Shown piece by piece: positions 63,610 to 64,000 of a stretch of DNA of 64,000 bases. The DNA comes from an uncultured delta proteobacterium (lineage in GTDB: Bacteria; Desulfobacterota; Binatia; UBA9968), in assembly GCA_963840855.1 (NCBI GenBank), contig CAWJBB010000002.1, positions 64,001 to 128,000 on the forward strand, in the 5' to 3' direction. The notes under the pieces are model-generated. The model made no database searches. It was not told the DNA's origin and was given only the letters and a program-made list of their open reading frames with translations. The first letter of the stretch is position 1, and each line of letters starts with the position of its first letter. The position numbers and the translations under genes were made by a program.

Positions 63610-64000
63610 ATGAGTAAGACGAAGACCGTTACTTGGCATCTTCCCTTGTGGATCATTATCATGTTCCTGAGCCCGCCACTTTTAGAGCTGTCAGAAACAG
63701 CCGCCGCAGCCGAGGCGGCAAGACCGTCTCCATCGCGTTGGGAAGATGTCGTCAAAGCGGCGGAGAAGGAAGGCGAGGTTACGGTTTACGCGACCAACTC
63801 CGTCGGCGACCTGCAAGTGATCTGGGACGCGTTCAAGAAGAAATTTCCCAAGATCAAACTGAACTCGGTCGGCATCAGCACGACCAGCGAGATCGTTACC
63901 AAAATCATGGCGGAGCGGCGCGCGGGCCAGTTTTTAGTCGACGCCATGCTCGGCGCGCCGGGCGCGACCTACAATAGTTTTTACCGCGGCAAGACCCTCG
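63610..64000 (+). CDS. ABC extracellular solute-binding protein, N-terminal part (runs off window end)
   Basis: WEDVVKAAEKEGEVTVY, FKKKFPKIK, IMAERRAG. Confidence 0.8.
   Translation, partial: MSKTKTVTWHLPLWIIIMFLSPPLLELSETAAAAEAARPSPSRWEDVVKAAEKEGEVTVYATNSVGDLQVIWDAFKKKFPKIKLNSVGISTTSEIVTKIMAERRAGQFLVDAMLGAPGATYNSFYRGKTL

Overview
GC-rich bacterial chromosomal window with no rRNA, tRNA or CRISPR array. The gene repertoire (many orphan TctC/Bug and ABC substrate-binding proteins, LLM oxidoreductases, amidohydrolases, cupins) suggests Candidatus Binatia or a related deltaproteobacterium; this is inference only. Several genes carry apparent single-base frameshifts typical of long-read assemblies. 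Highlights: (1) two AhpD/carboxymuconolactone-decarboxylase-family genes (12867-13469, 19927-20484), each split in the ORF track by an in-frame UGA at the second position of the CxxC motif (CEY-UGA, CFY-UGA) and each followed by a SECIS-like hairpin, so they are probable unannotated selenoproteins; (2) a two-gene candidate defence/conflict system, DUF4062 (TIR-like) plus a helical domain next to an nSTAND1 NTPase-TM-TPR protein (34603-38966); (3) a partner-switching signalling cluster with a periplasmic binding protein, a HAMP-PP2C-anti-sigma-kinase fusion, two STAS proteins and an MBL-fold hydrolase fusion (41930-48425); (4) a ~275 bp direct repeat of an LLM gene 3' end bracketing ~36 kb of accessory DNA; (5) IS21, IS1182 and ISNCY-like elements, RAYT/IS200-like remnants, a group II intron remnant, a lone attC-like site, MITEs, a three-state attenuator-like leader and a Pho-box-like repeat.
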